A stretch of 64,000 nt of DNA from the human T2T-CHM13v2.0 reference genome, Homo sapiens: NCBI RefSeq assembly GCF_009914755.1, contig NC_060941.1. One strand, 5' to 3'. Shown in pieces: positions 44,759 to 62,882 of the stretch. The translations under genes and the position numbers were made by a program. Within the stretch, counting starts at the first letter, position 1. Each line of letters opens with the position of its first letter. Under the pieces are notes generated by a model, which searched no databases, had not been told where the DNA came from, and saw only the letters and a program-made list of their open reading frames with translations.

Positions 44759-46571
44759 TAAGTATTTGTTTTTAAACTTTTTATTTTTAATGATGATAAA
44801 ATTTTAAGCTAATGACATAATTGCTTTATTTTTATTTACTCATTCAGAGTTAAACTCCCTCAATTTCTGAACTACTCCCTTGCTGAGAGTCAGGTTCTCA
44901 GTTACTATTACAAAATTTAATAATAGAACTGTTCCATATGCACAAAGGACCAAGACAAAGGAATGGGAAGGCTAGAGAATAACATTAACATCCACACACT
45001 GTGTACTGTGCTCTCTGCTTGATGCTTTGCCCACAGTGATAATTTCTTCATATAGTGCAAAGTAGTTTGTAAGGTGGTTTTAAATTCATGAGGTCTCAAG
45101 TACTCTCTGCCTTATAGGACAGATGTAGATACGGTTTCGGTTTTTCTGTTTTTACAGTTTTATAAGAGTACAAGTGATGCTGTTTTATTTGAAGCCTGAG
45201 AGCTTCTGGTTCCATAACCAGAAATTGCTACCTGGCTCTTCTAATAGAATGGAGGGCTTTTCCATTCTTAGACCATCCAACTCTGAACTTGCTCTGAATC
45301 TCAAACCTTTCTGTTCACAGAACAAATGCTCAAGGGCTTTCAAGAGTGTTTCTGTAGATTAGGTTTATTAGCATCAACTTCATGACTTCTAAAATGTGAC
45401 TACTTTCATGTCCAGATAGCTTGAATACAGGTATCTACCAGTGATATGGGGTGGAGAATTAATAATGCTTGGTTACATAAAGTCAGTGTTGCTTATTTTT
45501 CAAAACTTTTTTTTTTTTTTTTTTTACCAATTATATTATTCCCTTCTCCCCAAGAAGTGGGCAGAAAAGCTTTGTTAACCTCCTTTTACAGATGAAGAAA
45601 AACAAGATCAGAGGTGCTAAGTGCTGTAGCCTAGTGCCAGGTCTTCTGGCCCCAATTCTGGGTTCTCCCCAAGCCCATGCTTCTTCCACTTTCTCACAAT
45701 CTTTACTTCTTCCTCTGACCCTCACCACCACCCAAAATACTTTTAATTCTGGAAAAGAAACCCAGCTGCACACTGGCACACTTGACCTTCATGCAGTCAG
45801 AAGCTTTGGCTGATTCCCCATCCAAAATATTAGAGATGAAATGAAAGCAAAGTAGGCATCTGACAAAAGTTGCTTTTTCCCTTCTGCATTTTAGGACCTC
45901 AAGTAATGTTTATCCAGAAACTGCTATCATACCAGAGATTCACTGTGTATTTAACAACATAGGCATGCAATCTGGCAAATTTGAAAAACTCTTAACATAC
46001 ACCCCAAATCCCTGCCCAAATTTAAGAACTAGGGTGGACACAGTGCTTTTTTCCATGTCGCATCTTCTGTGATGGGGCTACGATATGTGGGAGCAGAGAA
46101 TGGGGAGGGTGGAGCGCATGCCAGATGAGGATCTATCAGCAATGGGAGGGGGCCTCCACTTTAGCATCTCCACCCTGCTCCTCTCAGAGGACCGCCTTTC
46201 ATTGCATTCAGCTGTGATGGTAGCAAGAACACAGGCGCACCGAGGACGAGGAGAGCGGGAGCCTTGTGCTCTCTCTGCATCTGAGGCAGGACAGCACAGG
46301 GTATGGAGCAGTCTGCAGAGAGGCCAGCTCATCAGCTCATCAGGGAAGCACTTGTCTTCCACCTTGGGCTTTGACTGAGCACTGGGCAATTGGACCCTGG
46401 GGATCAATGAAATAATCCTAAGCAGAGTTACTCTATGTCACACTATGGAATGTTCCAAGTAGATGGCCGTGTTTTCAAAAGATATATTTTCTCCTTTTGT
46501 TGTTGCCATTTCATAGGTTTAGGATTGGGTGTGTGTGTCTCCTCTCTGAATGGCACTCAAATGTTTGCTGA

Positions 46572-48174
<1,603 letters not shown>

Positions 48175-48347
48175 GTGAGGACCACACAGAAACATGAGAC
48201 CCAGATTTCCCATCATTTAGCATATCCCAGGAAAGTGCCCACACAGAAGAATCTGGGACTCCCAGGCCATAGCTTATCTTGGCCATGTAACTTTGGTCAT
48301 GACAGTGATCTCCCACTTTGCTCATGTAGAGAGTGAAATATAGATTA

Positions 48348-48560
<213 letters not shown>

Positions 48561-48756
48561 TCACCTGAGCCCAGGGAGGTCGAGTCTAGTGAACGGTGAT
48601 TGCACCACTGTACCCCAGCCTGGGTAACAGAGTGAGACCCTCTTTCAAAAAAATAAAAAAGAACCTGTAAGCTACTCACCTGGAATACTGGGGTTTTGAA
48701 TAGTTAGCTCTCATTCTGGTGTGTTTTTTTTTGTTTTGTTTTTTTGTTTTTTTTAG

Positions 48757-48966
<210 letters not shown>

Positions 48967-49459
48967 TGACATACTTCTTCAGTCATTTAAGGCTGAGGTG
49001 TATGCTTTGTTCTTTTATTGCAGTGTATATTTCAGGATTTTTAAAAGATCCTCGCTTCCAGATCTCTGTGAATTGAAACCAAGTTAATCCCACTAGACTA
49101 TTTTAAGAAGTCGATATAATAGCAAAATTTCTCCACCCAAAACTATGTCAACAATTGGATGTACTCATCAAGTCACCCTTACTCTGCCACTAATTTATTT
49201 CCTTGGTGCTGAAATGATGAGAGAGGTATAATCTCCACCCTCACGGATTTGTCATCACCCTGGAGAGGAAGGAGAGAGCCAAAAGACAGAAGTATTGTCT
49301 TGTAGACTTATTAGATTTACACAGTATCGTCCTCCAGTGTGTAAGGCATTGTCTAAATAGGTCCAGTTAAAGCACTACAGAGTAGCCATCTTTTACAAAA
49401 ATTGTTGGCCACATTTTTAAGTTCGCAGGCGAGGGGGAACGTCTCATACTCTAGCCCTC

Positions 49460-50021
49460 CTGAGCCTAGACCCTCTGTGAGATGTGTCACCATTTCTTGG
49501 ACACCATGTGAGACATTCCCCCTCAGATTAGAGATGCTCAGCCTGCATCAACTTATCTAAAGCCTACATCTGGCTACTCTGGGGCAAGTCCTGTTTACAG
49601 TGCCCATTCCTGGAGCTTGCCTCTGTTTGTCTTTTGTTCGATTACATGATATATTACTTTTCCCAACAGGCCAGTGCTAGCATATTGGAAGAGTGATTTA
49701 ATAAAGCTGGCAACCTTGACGCTATGCCACCAGTCCAACCTTATTTGCCTCATTTACCATTTCCATTATTGTGGCAGCCCTCCATTCCAGCCACAGCAGC
49801 CCCTCACTATACCCCAGTCACACCACCCACATTTCTGCTTCTGTCTGTGTGTTTGTCCATCTAAAATGCCCTTATTTCACTCTGCCTGTGGGAGTCCTAT
49901 GCATCTCTCAAAAGCCAACACAAGTTCATCTTTCTTCTTGACACCTTCCCTGAATATTCCAGCCGTGCTGAGCCTAGTCCCTTTGTGAGATTTGTCACCA
50001 TTTCTTGGACACCATATGAGA
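49460..50021 (+). repeat. 54-bp dispersed direct repeat (49460-49513 and 49968-50021)
   Basis: 50 of 54 positions identical by manual alignment. Confidence 0.9.
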
Positions 50022-50731
50022 GACTTCAGAGGCTGAAGTGGGAGGATCGCTTGAGCCTGGGAGGTCGAGGATGCAGTGAGCTGTGGTCGTACCACTGCAC
50101 TCTAGCCTGGGCAACACAGCGAGGCCCTGTCTTAAAAACAGCCACCACCAAAAACTATCTTGGGATTTGAATAGGATTACGTTAAATTTGTAGATTAATT
50201 TGAGAATTTACATCTGTACGACATTGTAGGAATGTGCTGTCTCATGATGGAACTAACAAGGATACACCTGCTGTCCCCAGCCCTTTCGGGAGGTGGGGAG
50301 GGATAGGAAGGAGAAAGGTTTTGGTGCCTATTGCTGCTGATGGTGGGCATCAGGCCAGGCCAGGGGCCTTCTTGGAGGCTCTGGGAAAGGGGAAGGGAAG
50401 GCCACCGGGTGTGAGAGAGGGGGCACTTGTCTCCTTCAAGGCTGATGGAAGGTAGGATATGTGAGTCCTTCCTCTTAAGTGGCAGGAAACAGTATTTTCT
50501 CTTTTCTTTTTTTCCCCTGGATACTAGAACTGAGGAAACACTATTTTCTCATCTTACTGGTTTTTGCGCCCCCACTCTATTCCTTTTACACAAACCTCAC
50601 AGAATTTTAACCAGAAAGGCCAGGCAGGATGGCTCACGCCTGTAATCACAGCACTTTGGGATCACTTGAGGTTAGGAGCTCGTGACCAACCTGACCAACA
50701 TGGTGAAACCCCATCTCTACTAAAAATACTA

Positions 50732-50911
<180 letters not shown>

Positions 50912-51602
50912 CTACGGAGAACTTAGATAGTAGTTTGTCCTTTTATGACAGGAAAACTGAGAAGGAGAAAGGGAGAGTGTCTTACCCCATGGTCACACAA
51001 TGCACTCTGCCTTTTCCTATTTTATTCAAATTCAAAAATAACATGTTGTGGTTTAAGCTGATTTCGCAGCTCACTCACTCATCAGCGACAGCCAGCTGTA
51101 TGAAGACTGTGAGATAGAGAACTTGGCTAGCTGCACTCAGGCATTTGCTTGAGGTGATCCAACTTATAGAATAAAGTATCTAGAAAAGGAAGAACCACTT
51201 CATCTCCCACCCCCCATCAAATGATGCCTGTGAGACTAAGTCCGAAGGGGACTGATATAAAATGCTTCTGCCCAGCATGGTTGTGCAGTTTGTTCACTGC
51301 ACAAGGGCACTTGGCCAAGGGGATGAGTGGGAATGAACATCCTGCCCCTGCTCCATGCTGAGCCACATACAAAGTCCCCCCAGTATATTGTGGGGCCCTT
51401 CTGGACAGACATGGAGAGCTTCTGAAAGTCCCACATGCATGGAATTATTTTCAAGACCCCAGGTATGTGGTCTGTGGTGGTTCTTCTCCCTGTGATTATG
51501 GACTGAGATACTCATTTAGTTCTAATAAGACCAGAGAAGTACATTGTGAGATACGTGGGAAACGGCTGCATCACTCACTGTCTTGTGCATGTGTCTCCCC
51601 AG

Positions 51603-51654
51603 GGGCATTTTCAGATTTCTGCCACGGAGATGCTCTTCGCAAAGGGAGAGTCAG
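51603..51654 (+). pseudogene. LRRC37A: LRRC37A cytoplasmic exon: GIFRFLPRRCSSQRESQ
   Basis: tctccccag| acceptor, CAG|gtacat donor; matches the recalled LRRC37A/A2 tail. Confidence 0.8.
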
Positions 51655-51732
51655 GTACATTGGAGGATTCATTGCTGTGACCAGGGAAAGCAGAGGACAT
51701 GCAAAATTAATATTTCCCTTTCTATCTTCTAG

Positions 51733-51873
<141 letters not shown>

Positions 51874-51978
51874 TAAATGACGGGACCCTCACAGTTCCCA
51901 TCTAAAATGAGGAGGGGGTGAGACGCTTAATTGCTCCTTTCAAGAATGAAAACCTTGGCATTGTTATTCTTATCCCAG

Positions 51979-52262
51979 GGACAGTGAAGCCCCAACAGAG
52001 AAGGAGGAGGAGAGTGAAGCCCTGCCATAGGAGGAGAACCCAGCCCACCTCAGGCCTCCTGCAAAAACACATAGCATAAACAATACCATCAGAAAGAAAA
52101 GCAGGACTGAAGCCAGCAGCCCACACATCCACAGAGGCAGCGGGCAGAGCAAGCACAGGGCCATCGTTCCTGCCCTTGTTTCCCAGTCTAATTAGTCACC
52201 CAGACCTGAAAACATATCCTCAGGGGGTGGAGATTTTACAATTAAATACCATTGTTTTTGGT
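51979..52262 (+). pseudogene. LRRC37A: LRRC37A terminal exon: DSEAPTEKEEESEALP*, then 3' UTR
   Basis: tatcccag| acceptor; stop TAG 52028-52030; 3' end approximate. Confidence 0.85.
52241..52246 (+). terminator. Polyadenylation signal ATTAAA
   Basis: ATTAAA about 210 bp after the ancestral stop, followed by GT/T-rich sequence. Confidence 0.65.
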
Positions 52263-53884
52263 GCCCTCTCCCTTGGTTCATCAAGCACCAGTCATATAAT
52301 ACCACATACTTGAACTCCTGCCCACAGGGGACCTCCCATCTCCTGGCCCCTATTATAGGATCACTGGGCCTACCTGCACTGTGGGGCCAAGCCCTGTCTT
52401 TTTCCCAAGCCCTCAAGCACACGCATGAATGTTCATCCCGACTTGGTAGGGGGCTTTTCACCCTTACAAGATGGCAAAAGATTCACACTGCTTTTTTTAA
52501 AATTTGTTTTTCTTTTTAAAAATCCCAACCCTTGGATAGCAAGGGAGGTGCTGGAGGGGTAGGGTCAAGAAGAGTGTGTGAGAACAGTAATTTCCCAAGA
52601 CTGCCCTCTGCGGGACTGTATTTCAGAAAACACACTGGTGGGGCTACCTCTCCATTCACATGTACTGCCCTAGCCTCTCCCCATCCCCGGCTGATGCACT
52701 TCCATATCTGCACTGTTCCATAACAGCAGTAGCATGTTGCAGAAAGCGCTAGGATTCCTCCACTCCATCTTCAAAGAAAAAGTCGCTAATAAATCACATT
52801 TGGTAGGTTAGTGAACGTTAAACACATTAGTGAGCAAAAGAAAATAGGAATGAACAAGAATTGGTCATCTACCTAACTGAACACAAATGAACTCTGGCAG
52901 TTCGGTAATAGGAGGTAAAGAACCGCGCTAATTGCAGAACAGCAGCCCCCCTACCTTCCCAGGAGCAGTGTGACTGGGAAGCAGCCCCGTGTGTATGCTG
53001 GTGCAGGTTCTAAGCAAAGTGAGCTGCCCATCAGTTCTGATGAGTTTGCTGATGCTAGACATATGACATCTGTTCTCTTGCTGCCTGCCCCAGTTATCTC
53101 CCAAAGTTCTTTACTGAGAATGAAAAGCATCTTTCTCTGTGTGGTGACTTCAGTAGGCCAACAAATATTTGAGTTTAAAGCACAAGACTAAATAGTCATA
53201 GGCAGAGCAGTGCTACCATTTACAATTTGCTTACTTGATGCTAAACCATGGGTTAGGCATTTTACAGTCATATCATCTAGCCCAGCAAGTCATGGAAGCA
53301 TAGTTGTTAAAATCATCTGATACTTTGGGAGGCTGGGGCGGGCAGATCACGAGGTCAGGAGATCGAGACCATCCTGGCTAACATGGTGAAACCCTGTCTC
53401 TACTAAAAATACAAAAAAATTAGCCACGGGTGGTGGCAGGAGCCTGTAGTCCCAGCTACTCAGGAAGCTGAGGCAGGAGAATGGCGTCAACCCGGGAGGT
53501 GGAGCTTGCAGTAAGCCGAGATCATGCCACTGCACTCCAGCCCGGGCAAGAGAGTGAGACTTCGTCTAAAAAAAAAAAAATCATCATCTGACAGATAAGG
53601 ATACAGGGCTTGAAGAACATAGGTGACCTGCCCCAAGTGTCCAAAGCCACACATCCAAAATGACAAATTAGGGTTTTAAGCCAGCACTGTTAGACTTCAA
53701 AGCCTCTTAACCATTCCACTGCCCTGCTGTAGGGCATAGGGAGATAGGGGGGATAAGCCATGGTTGCCATCAAAGAGTTAATATATCAATAATATGCGGA
53801 TGGTGAGGATGATGGCAGCTGCTAGGGGTCTACAGGCGTGTACCACCATGCCCAGCTACAATTCTTATTATTCCCAAATGCTAC

Positions 53885-55308
53885 TGTGTCCGGAATTGGT
53901 GGGTTCTTGGTCTTACTGACTTCAAGAATGAAGCCGCGGAACCTCGCGGTGAGTGTTACAGCTCTTAAGGTGGTGCGTCTGGAGTCTGTCCGTTCTGATG
54001 TTGAGATGTGTTCGGAGTTTCTTCCTTCTGGTGGGTTCGTGGTCTCGCTGGCTCAGGAGTGAAGCTGCAGACCTTCACGGCAAGTGTTACAGCTCTTAAG
54101 GCAGCGCGTCTGGAGTTGTTTGTTCCTCCCGGTGGGCTCGTGGTCTCGCTGGGCTCAGGAGTGAAGCTGCAGATCTTCGCGGTGAGTGTTACAGCTCATA
54201 AAAGCAGCGTGGACCTAAAGAGTGAGCAGTAGCAAGATTTATTGCAAAGAGCAAAAGAACAAAGCTTCCACAGTGTGGAAGGGGACCCGAGCGGGTTGCC
54301 AATGCTGGCTCGCGCAGCCTGCTTTTATTCTTATCTGGCCCCACCCACATCCTGCTGATTGGTAGAGCCAAGTGGCCTGTTTTGACAGGGTGCTGATTGG
54401 TGCATTTACAATCCCTGAGCTAGATACAAAGGTTCTCCACGTCCCCATCAGATTAGTTAGATACAGAGTTTCGACACACAGGTTCTCCAAGGCCCCACCA
54501 GAGCAGCTAGATACAGAGTGTCAATTGGTGCATTCACAAACCTTGAGCTAAACACAGGGTGCTGATTGGTGTGCTTACAAACCTTGAGCTAGATACAGAG
54601 TGCCGACTGGTGTATTTACAATCCCTGAGCTAGACAAAGGTCCTCCAAGGCCCCACCAGACTCAGGAGCCCAGCTGGCTTCACCCAGTGGATCCCGCACT
54701 GGGGCGGCAGGTGGAGCTGCCTGCCAGTCCTGCACCATGCGCTCACACTCCTCAGCCCTTGGGCAGTCGATGGGACTGCCCCGTGAAGCAGGGGGTGGCG
54801 CTCATCGGGGAGGCTCGGGCCGCACAGGAGCCCATGGAGGGGGTGGGAGGCTCAGGCATGGCGCACTGCACGTCCCGAGCCCTGCCCCACGGGAAGGCAG
54901 CTAAGGCCCGGTGAGAAATCGAGCATAGCGCCAGTGGGCCGGCACTGCTGGGGGACCCAGTACACTTTCCGCAGCCACTGGCCCGGGTGCTAAGCCCCTG
55001 ACTGCCTGGGGCCGGCAGGGCCGGCCGGCTGCTCCGAGTGCGGGGCCCGCCAAGCCCACGCCCACCCGGAACTCCAGCTGGCCTGCAAGCACCGCACGCA
55101 GTCCCGGTTCCCGCTCGCGCCTCTCCCTCCACACCTCCCTTCAAGCTGAGGGAGTGGGCTCCAGCCTTGGCCAGCCCAGAAAGGGGCTCCCACAGTGCAG
55201 TGGTGGGCTGAAGGGCTCCTCACGTGCCGCCAAAGAGGGAGCCCAGGCAGAGGAGGTGCCGAGAGCAAGCGAGGGCTCTGAGGACTGCCAGCATGCTGTC
55301 ACCTCTCA
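53885..55308 (-). mobile_element. Solo LTR12 (ERV9; LTR12C-like), 1424 bp
   Basis: Minus strand begins TGAGAGGTGACAGC and ends ...TTCCGGACACA; 4-bp TSD CTAC at 53881-53884 and 55309-55312; repeated CCAAT units; GC-rich U3. Confidence 0.93.
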
Positions 55309-56084
55309 CTACCCCACCATATTTCTAAAAACTCCCAAAGTAAGATTCTACTTTGCCTAGTTTGTCCTCAATTGAGCAGTTTTGTCTAAGCCCAGAGTTT
55401 CTGCTGGGCCAGACTATGGATAAGCTGTCTCTCCCAGGCTGGTGCCCATGCCTGCCTGTAGCCGGGGGGGGGGAGGGGCACCCGGGGTCATGTGGAACAA
55501 AACATGACTGCCTAGGGCTGCCTCTGTCTCCATCTCACTGATCGCAAATCACAGTTCAGACAGCCAGCTCTTAAGTGAGACCTGAGTGCCAGAGAGAGGT
55601 GGATACGAGGCCAACAGTTACTAAATGAATGAAAATTGTGATTCCAACGAAGCCTGCCAGAGAAATAAAGCATTTTTTAAAAGATGGAAATAAGCCGATA
55701 TCTGATTAGGGCAAACATGATGCAGACAAGAAATGCACTGGTTCAGAGGAGGGAAGGTCAGGCCGCCTGGGGAGAGTCCATGAAAAAGATGGAACGTGCC
55801 AGATGCTGTGCCTGGTGCTGGGAAAGAGTTGACTAGGCCAGCATCCCTTTCCTCAAAGGGCTCCTAGACTGGGGGGAGGGCTGGATATCTGAATACATCC
55901 TGAGGAGACAGTGTGGGACAGCATGGTGGCAGTGGAGCCAGCCGTGGTTCTGCTCTTGGTCGGCTGGAAAGGAGACGTAAGGGATGGCTTAGAAGAAGGG
56001 AAGTGGAAGAAAAGTTTTCTGAGCTGACAAGAGGAAGGAAAGGGCTTCTAGAAGGACACTACAAAGGCATAGAAGCCCTAAGCA

Positions 56085-57200
56085 GAGTGACCACCAGACT
56101 CCACAGGTTAAGGGCTCAGTCACATCGGACCACCCCCACGTCAGACCCCAGGTGCAAGGCCAAGCATCACCTATGCATCTGACCAACTGGCTATAAATTG
56201 GAGGTCCCCAAAACTCCCTCCTCAGGTTTGAACATTTGCTAGAACAGCTCATGGAACCCAGGAAAACAGTTTTCTTACTATTGCTGATTTATTACAAACG
56301 ATACTTTAAAGGACACAAATGAACAGCCAGATGAAAAGATACACAGGGTGAGGTCTGGAAGGGTCCTTGTGGAGTTGGGGTGCACCACTCTCCTGGAACA
56401 TGGATGTGTTCGCCAACCCGGAAGCTCTCCAAGTCCTGTCTTTCAAGGAGTTTTCTGGAGGCTTTATCACGTAGGTATGATTGAGCTCCAGCTCCATTTC
56501 CTACCCCAGAGGATGGGGAATGGGGCTGACAGCACAACGCTTCCACCCATAGTGAGGTTTTTTGATGACCAGTCTCCAAATAAGGAGCCCACCAAGAGTC
56601 ACCTCATGAGAACAAAGGACACTCCTATCACCCAGAAAATTCCAAGGGATTTAGGAGCTCTGTGTCAGGAACCAGGGTCAAAGACCAAACGTTAGAACAA
56701 AAGATGTGCAACCATAAAAAACAGCGAGATCATGTCTTTTGCAGGAACACGGATGGAGCTAGAGGCCATTATCCTCAGCAAACTAAGACAGGAACAGAAA
56801 ACCAAATACTGTATGTTTTTACTTATAAGTGGGAACTAAATGATGAGAACTCATAAACAACAGACACTGGGCCTGAGAGTGGAGGGTGGGAGGAGGGAGA
56901 GGAGCAGAAAAAACTACTGGGTACTAGGCTTCGTACCTGGGTGATGAAATAATCTGTACAACAAACCGCCATGACACAAGTGTACCTATATTACGAACGT
57001 GCACATGTATCCCCTAACCTAAAATAAAAGTTTGTTTCCTAAAAGAAAAAAACCACTCGAGAAAAGAAAAATGATACATTTTTTACAAAAAGAAGACAAT
57101 GCTCCTAGCACCCCCATCATTCAGGAATTTCCAAGGGTTTTAGGAGCTTTGTGTTAGGAACTGTGGGCAGAGACCAAATATATATTTCTTCTTATGTTAC
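56085..57200 (-). mobile_element. MER21-type LTR interrupted by an L1P 3' fragment (about 56709-57045, plus)
   Basis: ctccacaggttaagggctcagtc...ctgaccaactggctataaatt...aagggttttaggagc; the L1 insert ends cctaaaataaaagtt. Confidence 0.72.
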
Positions 57201-57339
57201 ACTACCCCAGATAGGAAAACAGAAATTACTCTAGATATTTCAAACAAAAGGGGTTGTATATAGGCAATTAGTGCTTATCACTGGAGAGGCTAGAGGTGGT
57301 GAAGGTTGTGGGGACGGGGTTGCACCACTGGCTTTCAGG

Positions 57340-57657
<318 letters not shown>

Positions 57658-57981
57658 TCACACCTCCACGTCCAGGCGTGCTGGAGAGCCCCACTTATAC
57701 TTGGAGGTGTCCTGGCGCCCTACCCACTTTTGGTAGGCGTTTGGGTATTTGAGGCTTTGCAAAAGAAGGCGGCGTGGAGTCTACGGTGGAGTCACATGGT
57801 GGAGACCTAGCTAAGTCAGAGGCCTGGAGAGGTGTCACTCTAGCTGGGCAGCAGGTGACACACCATCATCCTGAGCTGATTGGAGAAAGACCTGGGATTG
57901 ACCTGGAGTTTGTTCTGGAATGTTTTCACTGGAATGAAAGCTGAGCGGTCTGCAGGCCATATAGTATTGGAGAAAACATAG

Positions 57982-61697
<3,716 letters not shown>

Positions 61698-61919
61698 TAA
61701 AGGCCCCAACCCAGGAAGCAGTTAAGCAAAGTTCCAGGATGACTGCGTGTGACAGGCTTAGGGGGTAACTTGACCACATGGAGGACAGAACTCGGAGAGG
61801 GCACTGTGGGCATGGGCCCCACCCGCTCTTCCAGAGCACTGGCAGAGAACGAGGGCATGATAATGGCCGATGGCACTGAAAGAAAAGGAAAGATCATGAG
61901 GCACTCTTTGGGAAGCAGC

Positions 61920-62869
61920 TGTTATATGTAAAATGTTTATTTAGAAAGAGAATGCTTGTCCCCTGGTACTGCAAAGAAATAGCACTTGAAGGCCAGGTGT
62001 GGTGGCTCATGCCTACAATCCCAGCACTTTCGGAGGCCAAGGTGGGTGGATCACGATGTCAGGAGATTGAGACCATCCTGGCCAATATGGTGAAACCCCA
62101 TCTCTACTAAAAATACAAAAGTTAGCCAAGCGTGGTGGCGTGTGCCTGTAGTCCCAGCTACTCAGGAGGCTGAGGCAGGAGAATTGCTTGAACCCAGAAG
62201 GCAGAGGTTACAGTGAGGCGATACCATGCCATTGCACTTCAGTCTGGTTGACAGAGCGAGACTCCATCTCCAAAAAAAGAAAAAGAAAGAAAGAAAGAAA
62301 TAGCACTAGAATATAAATTTAATTTTCTTAGTAAGGCCATTTTTACTTTCTGCAGAAAGGGTGCTCATCATAGATGGAACAATGGCGAGAGCATATCTAA
62401 ATAAAGGAGGGATGCAATTTTTATTCTTTACGTAGTTTGTCCTTGTAATTGTATTGTGTCTCCGTTGGCTGGAGCCAGATCTTAAAATTTAAACTAAAAC
62501 TTGATTGGGTAACAGTTTAAAACTTTTTAAAACAGGTAAAAGTAATGGAAAGACAAGGGAAAAGAGGAAGTAGTTTACAAAAGGACTTAGAAAAGTAATA
62601 ACATTCCGAAATAAAAAAGGGGCATAGGCTGTGAGCTGGGACATGCCTGCGAGCACGTCCAGTACAGATATTTTGGTTAAAGTATACGGACATAGAATGT
62701 ACTACATGCCTGTGACCATGTTTAACAGCTACATAGGATAGGGCCTAACAAAACAGTTATTAGCATAAAACAAGGGGGCTTGAAGAAAGTTTTTAAAAGA
62801 AATTATTATTTTTAACACTTACGATTTTTCAATAAGGGAAACTCTGAAGAGTAACTTTTACTTTTTATA
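61920..62869 (-). mobile_element. LTR10-family (HERV-I) 3' LTR with inserted Alu (about 61991-62298, plus)
   Basis: tgttatatgtaaaatg...aaagaaatagcacttgaa; Alu TSD aaagaaatagcact(t/a)gaa; purine tract on the minus strand at 62870-62882. Confidence 0.75.
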
Positions 62870-62882
62870 ATTTCTCTCTTTT

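Noticed and set aside
53930-54640. Regularly spaced repeats resembling a CRISPR-like array (gtgagtgttacagctc, gctagatacagagt, gctgattggtg)
   Set aside because: These are the normal internal tandem units of LTR12; eukaryotic context, no unique spacers or cas genes.
54600-55360. GC-rich ORF cluster and apparent CpG island
   Set aside because: Entirely within the LTR12 U3.
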